Positions 20,240-30,341 of a stretch of DNA of 64,000 nt are shown piece after piece. The translations under genes were made by a program, and so were the position numbers. Below the pieces are notes generated by a model, which saw nothing but the letters and a program-made list of their open reading frames with translations, was not told where the DNA came from and searched no databases. The DNA is from Candidatus Hodarchaeota archaeon (GTDB taxonomy: Archaea; Asgardarchaeota; Heimdallarchaeia; Hodarchaeales; Hodarchaeaceae), in the NCBI GenBank assembly GCA_016839815.1, contig JAEOTM010000047.1, positions 47,620-111,619 on the forward strand, given 5' to 3'. Each line of letters begins with the position of its first letter. Within the stretch, counting starts at the first letter, position 1.

Positions 20240-20609
20240 ACTTACCTGATTGTCTGCGAAGCGATTAAATATTTTCCCATGAAAATTCAGTTGCAATAAC
20301 GATTGTGAACGATTATAATGGTGAGGAAAGAATAAGGTTAGGACACAAAGCTATCATAAACGGTCAGTCAATCTGGAAAAGACTATTTATAAAAGATAAC
20401 GACTTATATATCCACAGCACATCTATAATTCGTGGATCCGACCGATACAATTACATCTTCTCATGAGATTCTGTAAAGACTAGATTCCTTGCCATTTGTA
20501 CATAATTCTCGATCTTTGCTTCCTCAAAATCGAGTCTTAAATGAAGCATTCGACTCAAGAAGGGTTTGCCATTTACTATATTCTTTCATCAAAGGTTTTT
20601 TTTCTTCTA

Positions 20610-21773
20610 TTATCTTCTATTTCTTTGTTTTCGATATATAACAGTAAGAACTGGGAGAATTATTATGAAATTGAAGAATATGAAACTGGGACTTGCCGAG
20701 GTGGAAGGTTCTTCTGTAGTATCAGTGGTTATTATTTCTGTCCACGAAGAAGTTCTTGTTGTATATGTCGTGCTACTCTCTATTGTAGTTTCTTCTTCTA
20801 AAGCTGCAGATACCGAGTAGTTATACACGTAACTCATATTTGGAGTAATTACACTGACATTATATCCTTCGTTAGTTACCTCAACTAAGCAGAGATGATT
20901 TACGCCTGTAAAATAGTAGTCTTCTGGTTGAATTGTGTCTAGTACGGGTCCTGCAATCAATATGCTAGAGAAATCTGAAGTACCACCACCAGAGGTTGTA
21001 TACCACGTTCCGTTTCTATATGTATTGTAAAAGTTATGGGCATGTCCGCTTATTACTAAATCCACACCATATCGGACAAATAGATCATGCCATGTATCAC
21101 GAACGTTTTGTGCAGCAATAAATCGATCTGAAGATGGATTAAGGTTCCAAAAAGGTGTATGTGTCATCGCGATTATTCGACTAATATTATTTGTGGCTAA
21201 ATCGTTCTCTAACCACGTTTGCTGTTCCGCAGCTAAGGTGAGATTCTGAAAATTATTGTAATCCTCATCAATGAAATAATAGGTATTCAAAACAATGATA
21301 TGAGTATCATTCTGGGGTGTATTAAAACTATAATAGACCTCATTTCCAGGATTATCAACATTTGCAATATATGTCTCTAAAGTTGCCTCTGTTTGAAATC
21401 CATAATCATATTCATGATTTCCTACGGCGTAGTAGATAGGTATTTCTGCTGCAATTGTACCGAAATTTGGCCACCAGTACGTATCCCACTGTGTCTGAAC
21501 TGAACCATCCCACACCACATCTCCTGAATGTAAGATGAATTCAATCTGATGCTCTTGTTTTAATGTATTAATCATGGTAGCTAGTATTTCGCATCCTGTG
21601 TTATCATCCTCTTCTGGTCTTGTATCACCCAGAAAAATAAACTTGTAATTGCTAAAATTTGAGGATTTCGTTAAAGTTTCATTTGAAACACTGCTAAGTG
21701 ATCTTCCACTACTAATAAATATTAGTAAAAAGACCCCACACATTATCCCTGCCATTAACCTCGTTTTTGTCAT
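20610..21773 (-). CDS. Secreted purple-acid-phosphatase-like metallophosphoesterase with Ser/Thr linker and C-terminal anchor, copy 1
   Basis: GDTR, HSGDVV, AVGNHE, THTP, SGHAH; signal peptide; TM helix plus RKQRNRR. Confidence 0.88.
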   Translation of the reverse strand: MTKTRLMAGIMCGVFLLIFISSGRSLSSVSNETLTKSSNFSNYKFIFLGDTRPEEDDNTGCEILATMINTLKQEHQIEFILHSGDVVWDGSVQTQWDTYWWPNFGTIAAEIPIYYAVGNHEYDYGFQTEATLETYIANVDNPGNEVYYSFNTPQNDTHIIVLNTYYFIDEDYNNFQNLTLAAEQQTWLENDLATNNISRIIAMTHTPFWNLNPSSDRFIAAQNVRDTWHDLFVRYGVDLVISGHAHNFYNTYRNGTWYTTSGGGTSDFSSILIAGPVLDTIQPEDYYFTGVNHLCLVEVTNEGYNVSVITPNMSYVYNYSVSAALEEETTIESSTTYTTRTSSWTEIITTDTTEEPSTSASPSFIFFNFIIILPVLTVIYRKQRNRR

Positions 21774-21859
21774 AGTTTATAACCTCATTCGAAATTATCA
21801 CTTAAAAAGAATAATTCCTTAAATAATCTGTCCCGCTATTATTATTGACTCACAAAGCT

Positions 21860-22723
21860 TTATTTGAAGAGCTTCCTTCTCTTTTGAATATTATAGAAAC
21901 TAGAGCCTATCAGTAGAACAATTAATGCATAATCAATCTGTAACCAAGGGATTCTCTGAGTAAATGTATCCTCTGGTAAAGAGGTTAAGATTGTATAATA
22001 CTCTATACTACTTGAATTTGTATTAGGGTCGATAGCTATTGTATAATTATAGTATATCGGAAGAGCAATATCAACAAAGGGAGAATCTGAGTATCTCCCA
22101 CTGCTTTCCCAATACCCGGTGTGATCAATTGGAGAAACTTCAATGTAAGTAAGCCATTTAATCCACTTGTAACCATAAAAACGTGGACAAACGAGTCTTA
22201 TTGGAAATCCATGTTCTACAGGTAAAGGAACACCATTCATCTCATATGCAAGTATTACATCATCCCAAAAAGCCTCTTCAATCGTTAAGCTTGTCGTATA
22301 ACCTTCTTTGGAATGATCAGGTGTGCGAAAAATTACATCCAATGCTGTTTCATACTTAATTTCGGCCAGATTTAGAATCTCTGACAGTTTCACTCCAGTC
22401 CAATTTGCCACTCCGGTATATGAAGATGCTCCATATTTATAATCAACGCAAGTAAGACGGACAATTTCAGAAGTTACTGGAAGAGATTGTATTTCGCTTA
22501 AACTTAAGCTTAAAGAGTTGTAAACATCACCGACGACTGTCAGACGGTATGCTTCTTGGTCAAGCTCAAAAAAATCTATTGCTGTATTAAAAAATTCGTC
22601 ATTAGGAGTAATAGGGGATTCAATTCGAACTGGGGCGGAAATCTGTATGTTTTTTAGTAGAAATCCAGCTAGTATGAAAAATACTATCAACTCGACTTTC
22701 CAGAATTTATAGAGAACTTTCAT
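21860..22723 (-). CDS. Molybdopterin-dependent oxidoreductase, membrane-anchored, copy 2
   Basis: Same motifs as copy 1 (RLTC, LAYEMNGVPLPVEHGFPIRLVCPRFYGYKWIKWL). Confidence 0.9.
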   Translation of the reverse strand: MKVLYKFWKVELIVFFILAGFLLKNIQISAPVRIESPITPNDEFFNTAIDFFELDQEAYRLTVVGDVYNSLSLSLSEIQSLPVTSEIVRLTCVDYKYGASSYTGVANWTGVKLSEILNLAEIKYETALDVIFRTPDHSKEGYTTSLTIEEAFWDDVILAYEMNGVPLPVEHGFPIRLVCPRFYGYKWIKWLTYIEVSPIDHTGYWESSGRYSDSPFVDIALPIYYNYTIAIDPNTNSSSIEYYTILTSLPEDTFTQRIPWLQIDYALIVLLIGSSFYNIQKRRKLFK

Positions 22724-22745
22724 TGACTAAACCCTATTATTTATT

Positions 22746-22760
22746 CAATAATAAGGTTTT
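22746..22760 (-). promoter_or_regulatory. Putative BRE/TATA promoter for a near-leaderless transcript of oxidoreductase copy 2
   Basis: Minus-strand AAAACCTTATTATTG about 25-35 nt upstream of ATG 22723. Confidence 0.4.
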
Positions 22761-22938
22761 GCATGTTACTCAATCCATAATAACGATAGTGAAGAAGTAA
22801 TGGCCTTCCTCTTACATCAGATGGAGTAAAAAAGAAAAATGGGGAAGTTATAGGAATTACTTGATTATCCCTACTTATCTTTGAAATATGTACCATATCT
22901 CATAGGAGATTCGTAGATTGCTTTCGGTCTGTATTTTT

Positions 22939-24147
22939 CTATTTTCGTCTGGGAATGATTCCAACCAATAGAATTCCGATGATTACTGACAGAGGAAAAA
23001 TGGGAGTTTTATCAGTAGTACTGGAAGTAGAGGTTTTAGAAAGAGAAGTACTAGATATTAAGGTGCTAGATGTCGAATCAATGGATGCAGTAGTAGTAGT
23101 GGTGGTAGTAGTTGTCGTAGTGGTTTCATCGAATATTCTTGTTTCAGTAACCACAAATGAATCGCCTAATGAAATTGTTTGATCGGTTTCATTGAAAATA
23201 TAAACTTCAATATTTGCCTGTATGACACCCTCACTTTCGCTAATTGAAACATTACAGTAATGGAACTCTGAAAAGTACACATCACCCTCTTGCCACTCTG
23301 ATGTGTCTGTATTGGTGTAGAGATCTGCCCCTGCACCTCCTGTTGTTACGTATGTTATATTATTCCTTACTGTCCGATAGTAATAGTGATCATGACCAGA
23401 GAACACTAAATCTACACCGTAATCATTAAATATTGGATTAAGAACTGAACGAACTTTTTGGGCATCTTCTACACGTCCCAGATCACGAACAGAGTAACAT
23501 GGACGGTGGAATATAGCTACTACGAACTCGAGTGCATTATTTTCGAGATCATCTATTAACCAATTATATTGGTCGGATGTAATATCAAATTGCCCCGACC
23601 AGTTTTCTTCAGTATTAATAAAAACGAAATGTATCTGATCCATATAATCAAAACTATAATACCGCTCATTTCCAGGTAGTTCAACGTTAGCTAGATATGT
23701 GGAAAAATCTTCGTCAGGAAGCCCCCAAATACTTGGACCTGACGCATAGGTATATCTTTCATGATTTCCAACAGCGTAGTAAAAAGTTACATTCTCTTTC
23801 GTTGCATTTTCTATATCTTCAAAATACCGATCCCAATCATCCTGTTCTCCACCAGAATTCACCATATCGCCTGAATGTAGAATAAATTCAAGATCTGGAT
23901 TTTTTTCTACTATAGAGGTAATAATGGCTGCTCTTGTAGGATTACTACTATTCTCATGTGGATAGTTCATATTATCATAATCCCAAGGTTCATGCTGTTG
24001 ACGACTATCACCTATTGCAATAAAGTGCCATGAGTCACTTAATTGACTTAAAGTACCTTCTTCCACTGAACTATGACTTAAAGTAATTGTTGAAAGTAAA
24101 AATAGGCCTAAAACAATTAAAAGAAAATTCCTTTTCATTTTTCTCAT
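22939..24147 (-). CDS. Secreted metallophosphoesterase with poly-Thr linker and C-terminal anchor, copy 2
   Basis: GDSR, HSGDMV, AVGNHE, FHRP, SGHDH; signal peptide; TM helix plus RRK. Confidence 0.88.
   Translation of the reverse strand: MRKMKRNFLLIVLGLFLLSTITLSHSSVEEGTLSQLSDSWHFIAIGDSRQQHEPWDYDNMNYPHENSSNPTRAAIITSIVEKNPDLEFILHSGDMVNSGGEQDDWDRYFEDIENATKENVTFYYAVGNHERYTYASGPSIWGLPDEDFSTYLANVELPGNERYYSFDYMDQIHFVFINTEENWSGQFDITSDQYNWLIDDLENNALEFVVAIFHRPCYSVRDLGRVEDAQKVRSVLNPIFNDYGVDLVFSGHDHYYYRTVRNNITYVTTGGAGADLYTNTDTSEWQEGDVYFSEFHYCNVSISESEGVIQANIEVYIFNETDQTISLGDSFVVTETRIFDETTTTTTTTTTTTASIDSTSSTLISSTSLSKTSTSSTTDKTPIFPLSVIIGILLVGIIPRRK
23089..23124 (-). repeat. Coding ACN trinucleotide run (Thr12 linker)
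   Basis: agtagtagtagtggtggtagtagttgtcgtagtggt encodes 12 consecutive Thr on the minus strand. Confidence 0.85.
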
Positions 24148-24264
24148 ATTTATTCCCGCTGACTTATTAATACTAAATTTGAGCTGTTAGAAATAAGTTT
24201 ATTAAAATTCTTCTCAATTAGTCGTACTATTGTAGAAAGTCCGTGACTGATAGGAAGGATACGA

Positions 24265-24714
24265 ATGGCTGAAATTAAAGAAATTCTAAATTTTGCAATT
24301 AAAAAAGAAATTGAGGCATATGATCTTTATTCGGGAATTGCTGAATCATCAAAGAATCCAGCGGTTAAAGAATTACTAAGCGAACTGGCAACGGATGAAC
24401 TTGGCCATAAAGAGGCACTTGAAAATCTTTCAAGAGCAGAAGAGATTTTAAATTTTGATATTGATAAAGTTCAAGATCTAAAATTATCTGATCACCTTCA
24501 AGCAACCACTATTGATGAAAATTCAGATTTACAAGAAACTCTTGTCTTTGCCATGAAAGAAGAAAAGGGGGCTTACGAACTGTATACCAGAATGTCTAAA
24601 GCAGCAGAAACAAAAGAAAATGCCAAGGTATTTCAGAAGCTGGCTCAAATGGAATTAATCCACAAAAATAAACTCGAAGCCTTATACGATGATATGTTCT
24701 ACACTGATAATTAG
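24265..24714 (+). CDS. Ferritin-like/rubrerythrin-domain protein
   Basis: Two internal repeats: AIKKEIEAYDLY..DELGH and AMKEEKGAYELY..MELIH. Confidence 0.88.
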   Translation: MAEIKEILNFAIKKEIEAYDLYSGIAESSKNPAVKELLSELATDELGHKEALENLSRAEEILNFDIDKVQDLKLSDHLQATTIDENSDLQETLVFAMKEEKGAYELYTRMSKAAETKENAKVFQKLAQMELIHKNKLEALYDDMFYTDN

Positions 24715-24781
24715 TACTTTATAAGCCCTTAAGACGCTATCAGATTTTGTTTTTTTCCCCATTTCAAAGGAATAATGTGAC

Positions 24782-25459
24782 CTAATCTACCTTAAACATG
24801 TTCGCAAAGCTTTCTATGGATAGAAATTCTTCCCAATGTTCAACTAAGATTTTTGCTGAACCAAATGGTTTCAGTAGTGAATTCTCGGGTATTTTACGTT
24901 TATCTTGGATGTAAATCTCTGCTCCTTCATCTAGCAGGATTTTCAAATTCCCTCCTCGGAGAAGGGACGGTGGTAGTAATAAAAGAGCAGGGACTTCCAT
25001 TTGTGGATTGGGATTAGATTCAATTATTCCCAGATAAACACATACAGACATTTTCATCTTTTTTGAATTATAGATTAAGATGGGAGGAAGATTATCCTTT
25101 AATTCCTGCAGAATGGTGGTAGAGTTTTCTAACTCACAGATGATTGTTTTATCTGCAGGTAAAAGTGTAATATCACATCCTAATTCCTCTAAAACCTCCC
25201 TTTTTGTCGCTTCAATCATAGTTTCATCTTTTTCCACATGTCCCCCGGTATTGGTAAAAGTAATCAACAATCTGTCATTAGTTACTTGCCAATATTTTTC
25301 ATTTCCAACAGCAAATAGAAATGAATCTTTCCAACAGATAAAAACTCCGTTTCCTCTATTTTTGTAGGAGAGTAATTCTTCTGAATGCAATATTTTTCCC
25401 GTTACACTTTGAAAAATTTTTACGAAATTGTTTTCAACGTACCAAAAACAATGAAACAT
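24782..25459 (-). CDS. NUDIX hydrolase
   Basis: Nudix box GGHVEKDETMIEATKREVLEELG. Confidence 0.85.
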   Translation of the reverse strand: MFHCFWYVENNFVKIFQSVTGKILHSEELLSYKNRGNGVFICWKDSFLFAVGNEKYWQVTNDRLLITFTNTGGHVEKDETMIEATKREVLEELGCDITLLPADKTIICELENSTTILQELKDNLPPILIYNSKKMKMSVCVYLGIIESNPNPQMEVPALLLLPPSLLRGGNLKILLDEGAEIYIQDKRKIPENSLLKPFGSAKILVEHWEEFLSIESFANMFKVD

Positions 25460-25469
25460 TTATACTTAA

Positions 25470-26312
25470 TTGTCTAAAAGACAGGTTCTGAGATCAATGG
25501 TAGCTTCAGAGACTTATCATTTCGTATTAGGTTCGTTAATTCTTCTTCGTCTCTTCGGATTTGTAATTTTCTTCGACTTCTATCGAAAAAATCAAGAAAT
25601 TAGGTTCTTAATTTTATCCTTGGCCATCTTAACTTATGCTTTTAGTCCAGTAATCGATTTATTCATTCAGGATATTCAAGGAACATCAACATATAATTTC
25701 CTCTTCTTCATCAGCGAACTCGCAACCTCTCTTGCATTAATTCTATTTCTCTTTGTTTTTTTTCGATATACAACTACTGAGACCTCTACAAAAGCATGGT
25801 TGACAATTCTAGTAAGTATTTTAATTATAGCAATATCTTATCCAATTGTACATCTAGATCTGGGAATTTTACTAATTCGCGGATTAAATTTGGTCTTAAT
25901 AATAATTACTATTCTACACATAATAAGAAAATGGGAAATATTGACAAATATTGCTGATAATAGCGCGTACTTTTTTTTTGTAAGTTCAATAGCAATCATA
26001 ATAGTTTTAATTGTTGGTACAGTAGGTGATAGCCCTGAAACTGACTTTATTCAATATGTCTTAAATGTAGGAATATCCTTCCTTGCAATTTTCATTTTTG
26101 TACATCTTGAATACAATCGATTATCAATCCAGAAATTTTTAATGAAAGATGATTATTCACACTCTGTAGCTCAAATTCTACAAGTATTAATTGGTCGATT
26201 AGAAACTTCACAACTTCAACACAACACAGAAGAAGCGAAGATGTTGATTGAACAGGCAATAGAAGATTGTTTAAGAGTAGGGGACACACTTACTAAAATA
26301 AGGAAAATTTGA
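25470..26312 (+). CDS. Multi-pass membrane protein ending in a HisKA-like helical hairpin (no ATPase domain)
   Basis: About 7 TM helices, then DDYSHSVAQILQVLIGRLE resembling an H-box. Probable start at ATG 25497. Confidence 0.55.
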   Translation: MSKRQVLRSMVASETYHFVLGSLILLRLFGFVIFFDFYRKNQEIRFLILSLAILTYAFSPVIDLFIQDIQGTSTYNFLFFISELATSLALILFLFVFFRYTTTETSTKAWLTILVSILIIAISYPIVHLDLGILLIRGLNLVLIIITILHIIRKWEILTNIADNSAYFFFVSSIAIIIVLIVGTVGDSPETDFIQYVLNVGISFLAIFIFVHLEYNRLSIQKFLMKDDYSHSVAQILQVLIGRLETSQLQHNTEEAKMLIEQAIEDCLRVGDTLTKIRKI

Positions 26313-26456
26313 GAGATAAACTGGTTATATTTTACCAGCTCTGTAAGATGATTTTACAGAGGATAAAAACTCCAATTTCTAATCGGAAACGATTTCGGAT
26401 GGAGACTTAGTTACCTATTAAGTCGAAGATATAAGATCGAATAAGTATCGAACCAG

Positions 26457-27380
26457 TTGGTTCTTAAAGTGAAAATACAACCACGACCTTACAATAAACA
26501 ACAAGATTTCCAACCTATCATGACATTTCTTTCAGATTTATTTCTAAGAACTAAATCATATGAAAACTGGTTCCCAGATCGTTTTGAAAATAGTAGTGAT
26601 TCTCGTGAAGACGGGATTATGATCTGGGAAGAACATGATACCACTGTTAATCCCACAACCAAGAAAATAATTGCATTGACATCACGTGATTCGCCTAAAG
26701 ATTTTTTCCTTCAAGTTGATCCAGCTTATAGGCATATTGAACCTCAAATGATCAAGTGGATCGAATCTTATCGAAAAGCAACTTCCACGCCAGAAATAAC
26801 GGAAGTTGTCATTAAAATCAACATCCTTGAAGGAAACAGTAAACGAGAAAAGTTATTATCTACTTTGGGTTATACAAACGAAGGTATTTATGGTTTTTAC
26901 CGAATTAGACAACCTAATACACCAATCCCAGAGTATGCATGTCCCAAGGGATTCAGAATTAGAACACTAAAAAGAGCTGATTATGATCAGTTAGCTTTAC
27001 TGATCAGGAGAGTCTTTGGACACGGGGAATATTTTACAGCAGAAGTATTAGAGTGGCTAGCAAGCTGTTCATTCTACAAAGAGGAACTTGACCTTGTTGT
27101 AGTTACTCCTGAAGATATAATTGCTTCATTCTGTACCTTCAGATTGGATCCTAATAGTCATATACTTAGTTTAGAACCCATGGGTACCAATCCAGATTAT
27201 CGAGGATTAGGATTAGGTAAAGCAATTATGAGTGAAGGAATTAAACGATCCATGAAATATAAACCTCCGTTTTTTTATATTGATGGAGCTGCAAACAATC
27301 CCGCTGCGAACCGATTATATGACGCTACTGGATTTACAGAAAAGTATGCTATTAATTCCTGGACTAAACGGATTAAATAA
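26457..27380 (+). CDS. GNAT-family acetyltransferase (tandem GNAT)
   Basis: EPMGTNPDYRGLGLGKAI, NPAANRLYDATGF. Confidence 0.88.
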   Translation: MVLKVKIQPRPYNKQQDFQPIMTFLSDLFLRTKSYENWFPDRFENSSDSREDGIMIWEEHDTTVNPTTKKIIALTSRDSPKDFFLQVDPAYRHIEPQMIKWIESYRKATSTPEITEVVIKINILEGNSKREKLLSTLGYTNEGIYGFYRIRQPNTPIPEYACPKGFRIRTLKRADYDQLALLIRRVFGHGEYFTAEVLEWLASCSFYKEELDLVVVTPEDIIASFCTFRLDPNSHILSLEPMGTNPDYRGLGLGKAIMSEGIKRSMKYKPPFFYIDGAANNPAANRLYDATGFTEKYAINSWTKRIK

Positions 27381-27416
27381 TGAGTGTGATCTAATACACT
27401 TTCTTCTTTATCATTG

Positions 27417-30341
27417 TTAAGAACAATTCACACAACGAGCAACTACTTCTTCATTTTTGATTTTGACTTTAACCCTTCCACAAGATTCACAAACCTCTGT
27501 TCCACATTTCTTACAGACAGAAAGAAGGTCAGGAGCGAAAGAGTTCTTACATCCTTGACATTGCTTAGGCATATGTTCAGGACAATATGTAGCCTCTGTG
27601 TTTGGATCAAATGTACTACATTCACCACATAAACCCTGTCCACATACTTTGCATACTTCGGAGTGATCCAGGCAAGCAGTTTTTCCACACTTCTGGCAGA
27701 AAGAAATATGTTCACTACAGAATAGCTTAAAACAAGTAGTACACACAAATGTAGGAGGGGAAATTTCTCCTGCCAATAATGATTGATAATAGTTCTCGGT
27801 GCTTATTTGAGGACCACATCCCTCGCACATGAGTTCAGCATTCCCATTATATAGATTAAGATTGAGATGAAATTGGTTAATGTTTTCCACACTATCTCGG
27901 TTTTCTTTAATAGAAACAGGTATAGTTAAACGAGGGACCCAATATACTGATTTTTCAATAATCGACACATCTGCCTTACCTGGCCTATAGAGATCTGGTG
28001 GCACACCTTGACCCTTAAGAACTTCAATGGACTTATGAAATGCCTCATAATTTTCCTGTTTCTCTTTGAATAGCTCTTGTCGTTTCATTTCACTTTTTTT
28101 TATCTGCTTTCTAAGTTCTTTAGTTCGTTCTTCATGCCTCATCTGTTTAGTAGATGTAGAATCAATGGATCGTTCAATTGCTTTAACTGATCTTCCCTCT
28201 GCAACACGAGCTTTCCGCTCTCCCTCCAAACTTTCCACACGTATTAGTGTTTCATCAAGTTTTTGATTCTCGATTTGTAGTTTTTCCTCTATTCCGCTTA
28301 TTTGATTAGATAACTTCGATAATTCCTTTCCAACTTTTTTTCCTGCAAGTTTTGAAATTTCAGTTCGTTCATATTCTCGTAATCGCTCCTGATAGATCGA
28401 TTCGGCCTCTGGAAAAGGATTCTGTGTAAAATACCAAATCAAATTTTCAGGGAGTTTAGTAATCACCTCTTTATCAAATTCAAGGAATTTATAATCTGAA
28501 AGGGGTTGAATTGCTAGATCTCTTGCGGGAAGAGAGGATGCGTGAATTCCTTCAATTGTGGTAGAGTTCCAATCAATTTTTCGTAAATCAAATGTACGAG
28601 ACATTTCCTCTTTAATTTGTACTGGAAACAGTAATTGGCCTTCTTTAATTGTTCTTTTTATATCTATTAAGGTTTTTGTAAAATAAAGAGGAGAATAATA
28701 TATCTCATAATCCCCTACCTCAAGATAAATTCCATCATGATCAGGATTGCCACTAAGACTTAGTCTTTCATGAATAACAGCCGTGTGTTCCTTATTTTCT
28801 GGTTTGATTTTCGGACTGAGAAAGCGTTCTGTAATTTTCCCCATTGCAGGTTTTTTCGACTTGAATGAGATTGTTGAAGGTAATTTCTCTTTCTTGACCT
28901 CAGAAACCGGTTTTTCTTTTTTCAGCTCAGCTTTTTTTGGTTTAGGAGGTTTTAACGTAAGAGCGGTAATTTCAGAATTGGTTAATGGGCCTTTATGTAA
29001 GCTTAACAACCAACGCGTTTTTAACATATTGACCCCATGGAGAGGATTGTAAGCGATGAAGTTACCTGGTTTCAGTGCACGAATCTTTCCCATTAAAGAT
29101 TTAAACTCCTCTTCCGTACCACCACTCCCTTCAAACACAGGTTTTAACGCACCTTGAACTTTTGCAATATCTTGATTGGTAGCTAATCTACCTAGTACCC
29201 AAGTAGCGATATTTGACAGCCCCCGGTAATCTAAATCACCAGGATTCTGTGTTGCTAAAACACATCCTAGTCCTGCAGCTCTTGCTTGTTTTAATAATAT
29301 TAGAAGTGCAGTTTTTGAAGGAGGACTAAGGGAACCAGCGGGCATGAATCCATACAACTCATCGAAGTATATTATAGCCCGTAAACGGCTTGTACCACCT
29401 TTCGACCAAGCCCAGCGTTGTACTTCTCCCAAAATTTCTGCTACAAAAGTATTTTTTTCATCGGAATCCGTTATTTTGCGTAGATCAAAAACTATAATAG
29501 GAGTTTTGTTCTCTTTCGTAGCTAAGCCAATTAATTTATCAAAATCAAGCTCCACTCCCGGAACTGTACGTACCATTAGTGCATTTATGTTACGGGCCAG
29601 TTCCTGACATTTAGTACTGGATATGAATTTATCAACTGCAAGTGAACCAACTTTTTTAAACGGAGGATCTTGGATTTTTTCTATTAGAAGATCCAAACCT
29701 ACAACGTTCTTTCTTTCATTTTCCCATACATGACGAATTATATTGTTTAGATATATAACACGATTATCAGTAGAGGAAGATGTACCTATCCCAACACGAG
29801 ATAACAGTAATTGTATTTTCAGATCTAAAGCACTTAACACTGCATCAGGTGATTCTTCCATCATCTTACTATAGTTTTTGGGTTTTTCAAAATGAGGGGT
29901 TAGTGAAATTTGAACACCTGCAGCATTTTTAGGAGTAATTAGTATTGTAGCAACTCTATCTGAATATTCAGCTTCAGCTGAAAGGTAATCATCGCCAAAT
30001 GAGTCTTCAAGCTTTTCTTCATATAAATTGATCCAATCATCTGCGATTTCTTCTGGATCTCCTCCCCCCCGATCTTCAGCTTCGACTTTGGCGTGTATTA
30101 ATAGTCTATCTCTAGAAAAATCACCAAGTCCTATTCCTAATGCTCCAATATCTCCCTTGGGATCAATTGCTATTACTGGAATATTCGATCGAATCGCTTC
30201 TTCAACTATTGACTTGCACACAACCGTTTTTCCCGAGCCTGAGGCCCCTAATACTGCAGCATGCGTTAAAAAAGTCGTAGAGGGTAATTCAAATCTTTCA
30301 CCCTCACCTATTCGTCCGAGAAAAAATTTTGGATCAGTCAT
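27417..30341 (-). CDS. HerA/FtsK-superfamily ATPase (DUF87/DUF853-like) with coiled coil and Cys/His-rich C-terminus
   Basis: THAAVLGASGSGKT (Walker A), IDPKGD, IIYFDE (Walker B), LLKQARAAG, LATQNPGDLD and 12 CxxC/CxxH pairs. Confidence 0.85.
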   Translation of the reverse strand: MTDPKFFLGRIGEGERFELPSTTFLTHAAVLGASGSGKTVVCKSIVEEAIRSNIPVIAIDPKGDIGALGIGLGDFSRDRLLIHAKVEAEDRGGGDPEEIADDWINLYEEKLEDSFGDDYLSAEAEYSDRVATILITPKNAAGVQISLTPHFEKPKNYSKMMEESPDAVLSALDLKIQLLLSRVGIGTSSSTDNRVIYLNNIIRHVWENERKNVVGLDLLIEKIQDPPFKKVGSLAVDKFISSTKCQELARNINALMVRTVPGVELDFDKLIGLATKENKTPIIVFDLRKITDSDEKNTFVAEILGEVQRWAWSKGGTSRLRAIIYFDELYGFMPAGSLSPPSKTALLILLKQARAAGLGCVLATQNPGDLDYRGLSNIATWVLGRLATNQDIAKVQGALKPVFEGSGGTEEEFKSLMGKIRALKPGNFIAYNPLHGVNMLKTRWLLSLHKGPLTNSEITALTLKPPKPKKAELKKEKPVSEVKKEKLPSTISFKSKKPAMGKITERFLSPKIKPENKEHTAVIHERLSLSGNPDHDGIYLEVGDYEIYYSPLYFTKTLIDIKRTIKEGQLLFPVQIKEEMSRTFDLRKIDWNSTTIEGIHASSLPARDLAIQPLSDYKFLEFDKEVITKLPENLIWYFTQNPFPEAESIYQERLREYERTEISKLAGKKVGKELSKLSNQISGIEEKLQIENQKLDETLIRVESLEGERKARVAEGRSVKAIERSIDSTSTKQMRHEERTKELRKQIKKSEMKRQELFKEKQENYEAFHKSIEVLKGQGVPPDLYRPGKADVSIIEKSVYWVPRLTIPVSIKENRDSVENINQFHLNLNLYNGNAELMCEGCGPQISTENYYQSLLAGEISPPTFVCTTCFKLFCSEHISFCQKCGKTACLDHSEVCKVCGQGLCGECSTFDPNTEATYCPEHMPKQCQGCKNSFAPDLLSVCKKCGTEVCESCGRVKVKIKNEEVVARCVNCS

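Noticed and set aside
22955-23182. Poly-Val ORF on the + strand (and the similar ORF at 20566-20820)
   Set aside because: Antisense shadow of the Thr/Ser-rich linkers of the phosphoesterases.
27417-30341. Canonical HerA-NurA repair helicase, VirB4/TraG conjugation ATPase or SMC protein
   Set aside because: No NurA/Mre11/Rad50, T4SS or integrase genes nearby. Walker A and B both precede the coiled coil, unlike SMC.
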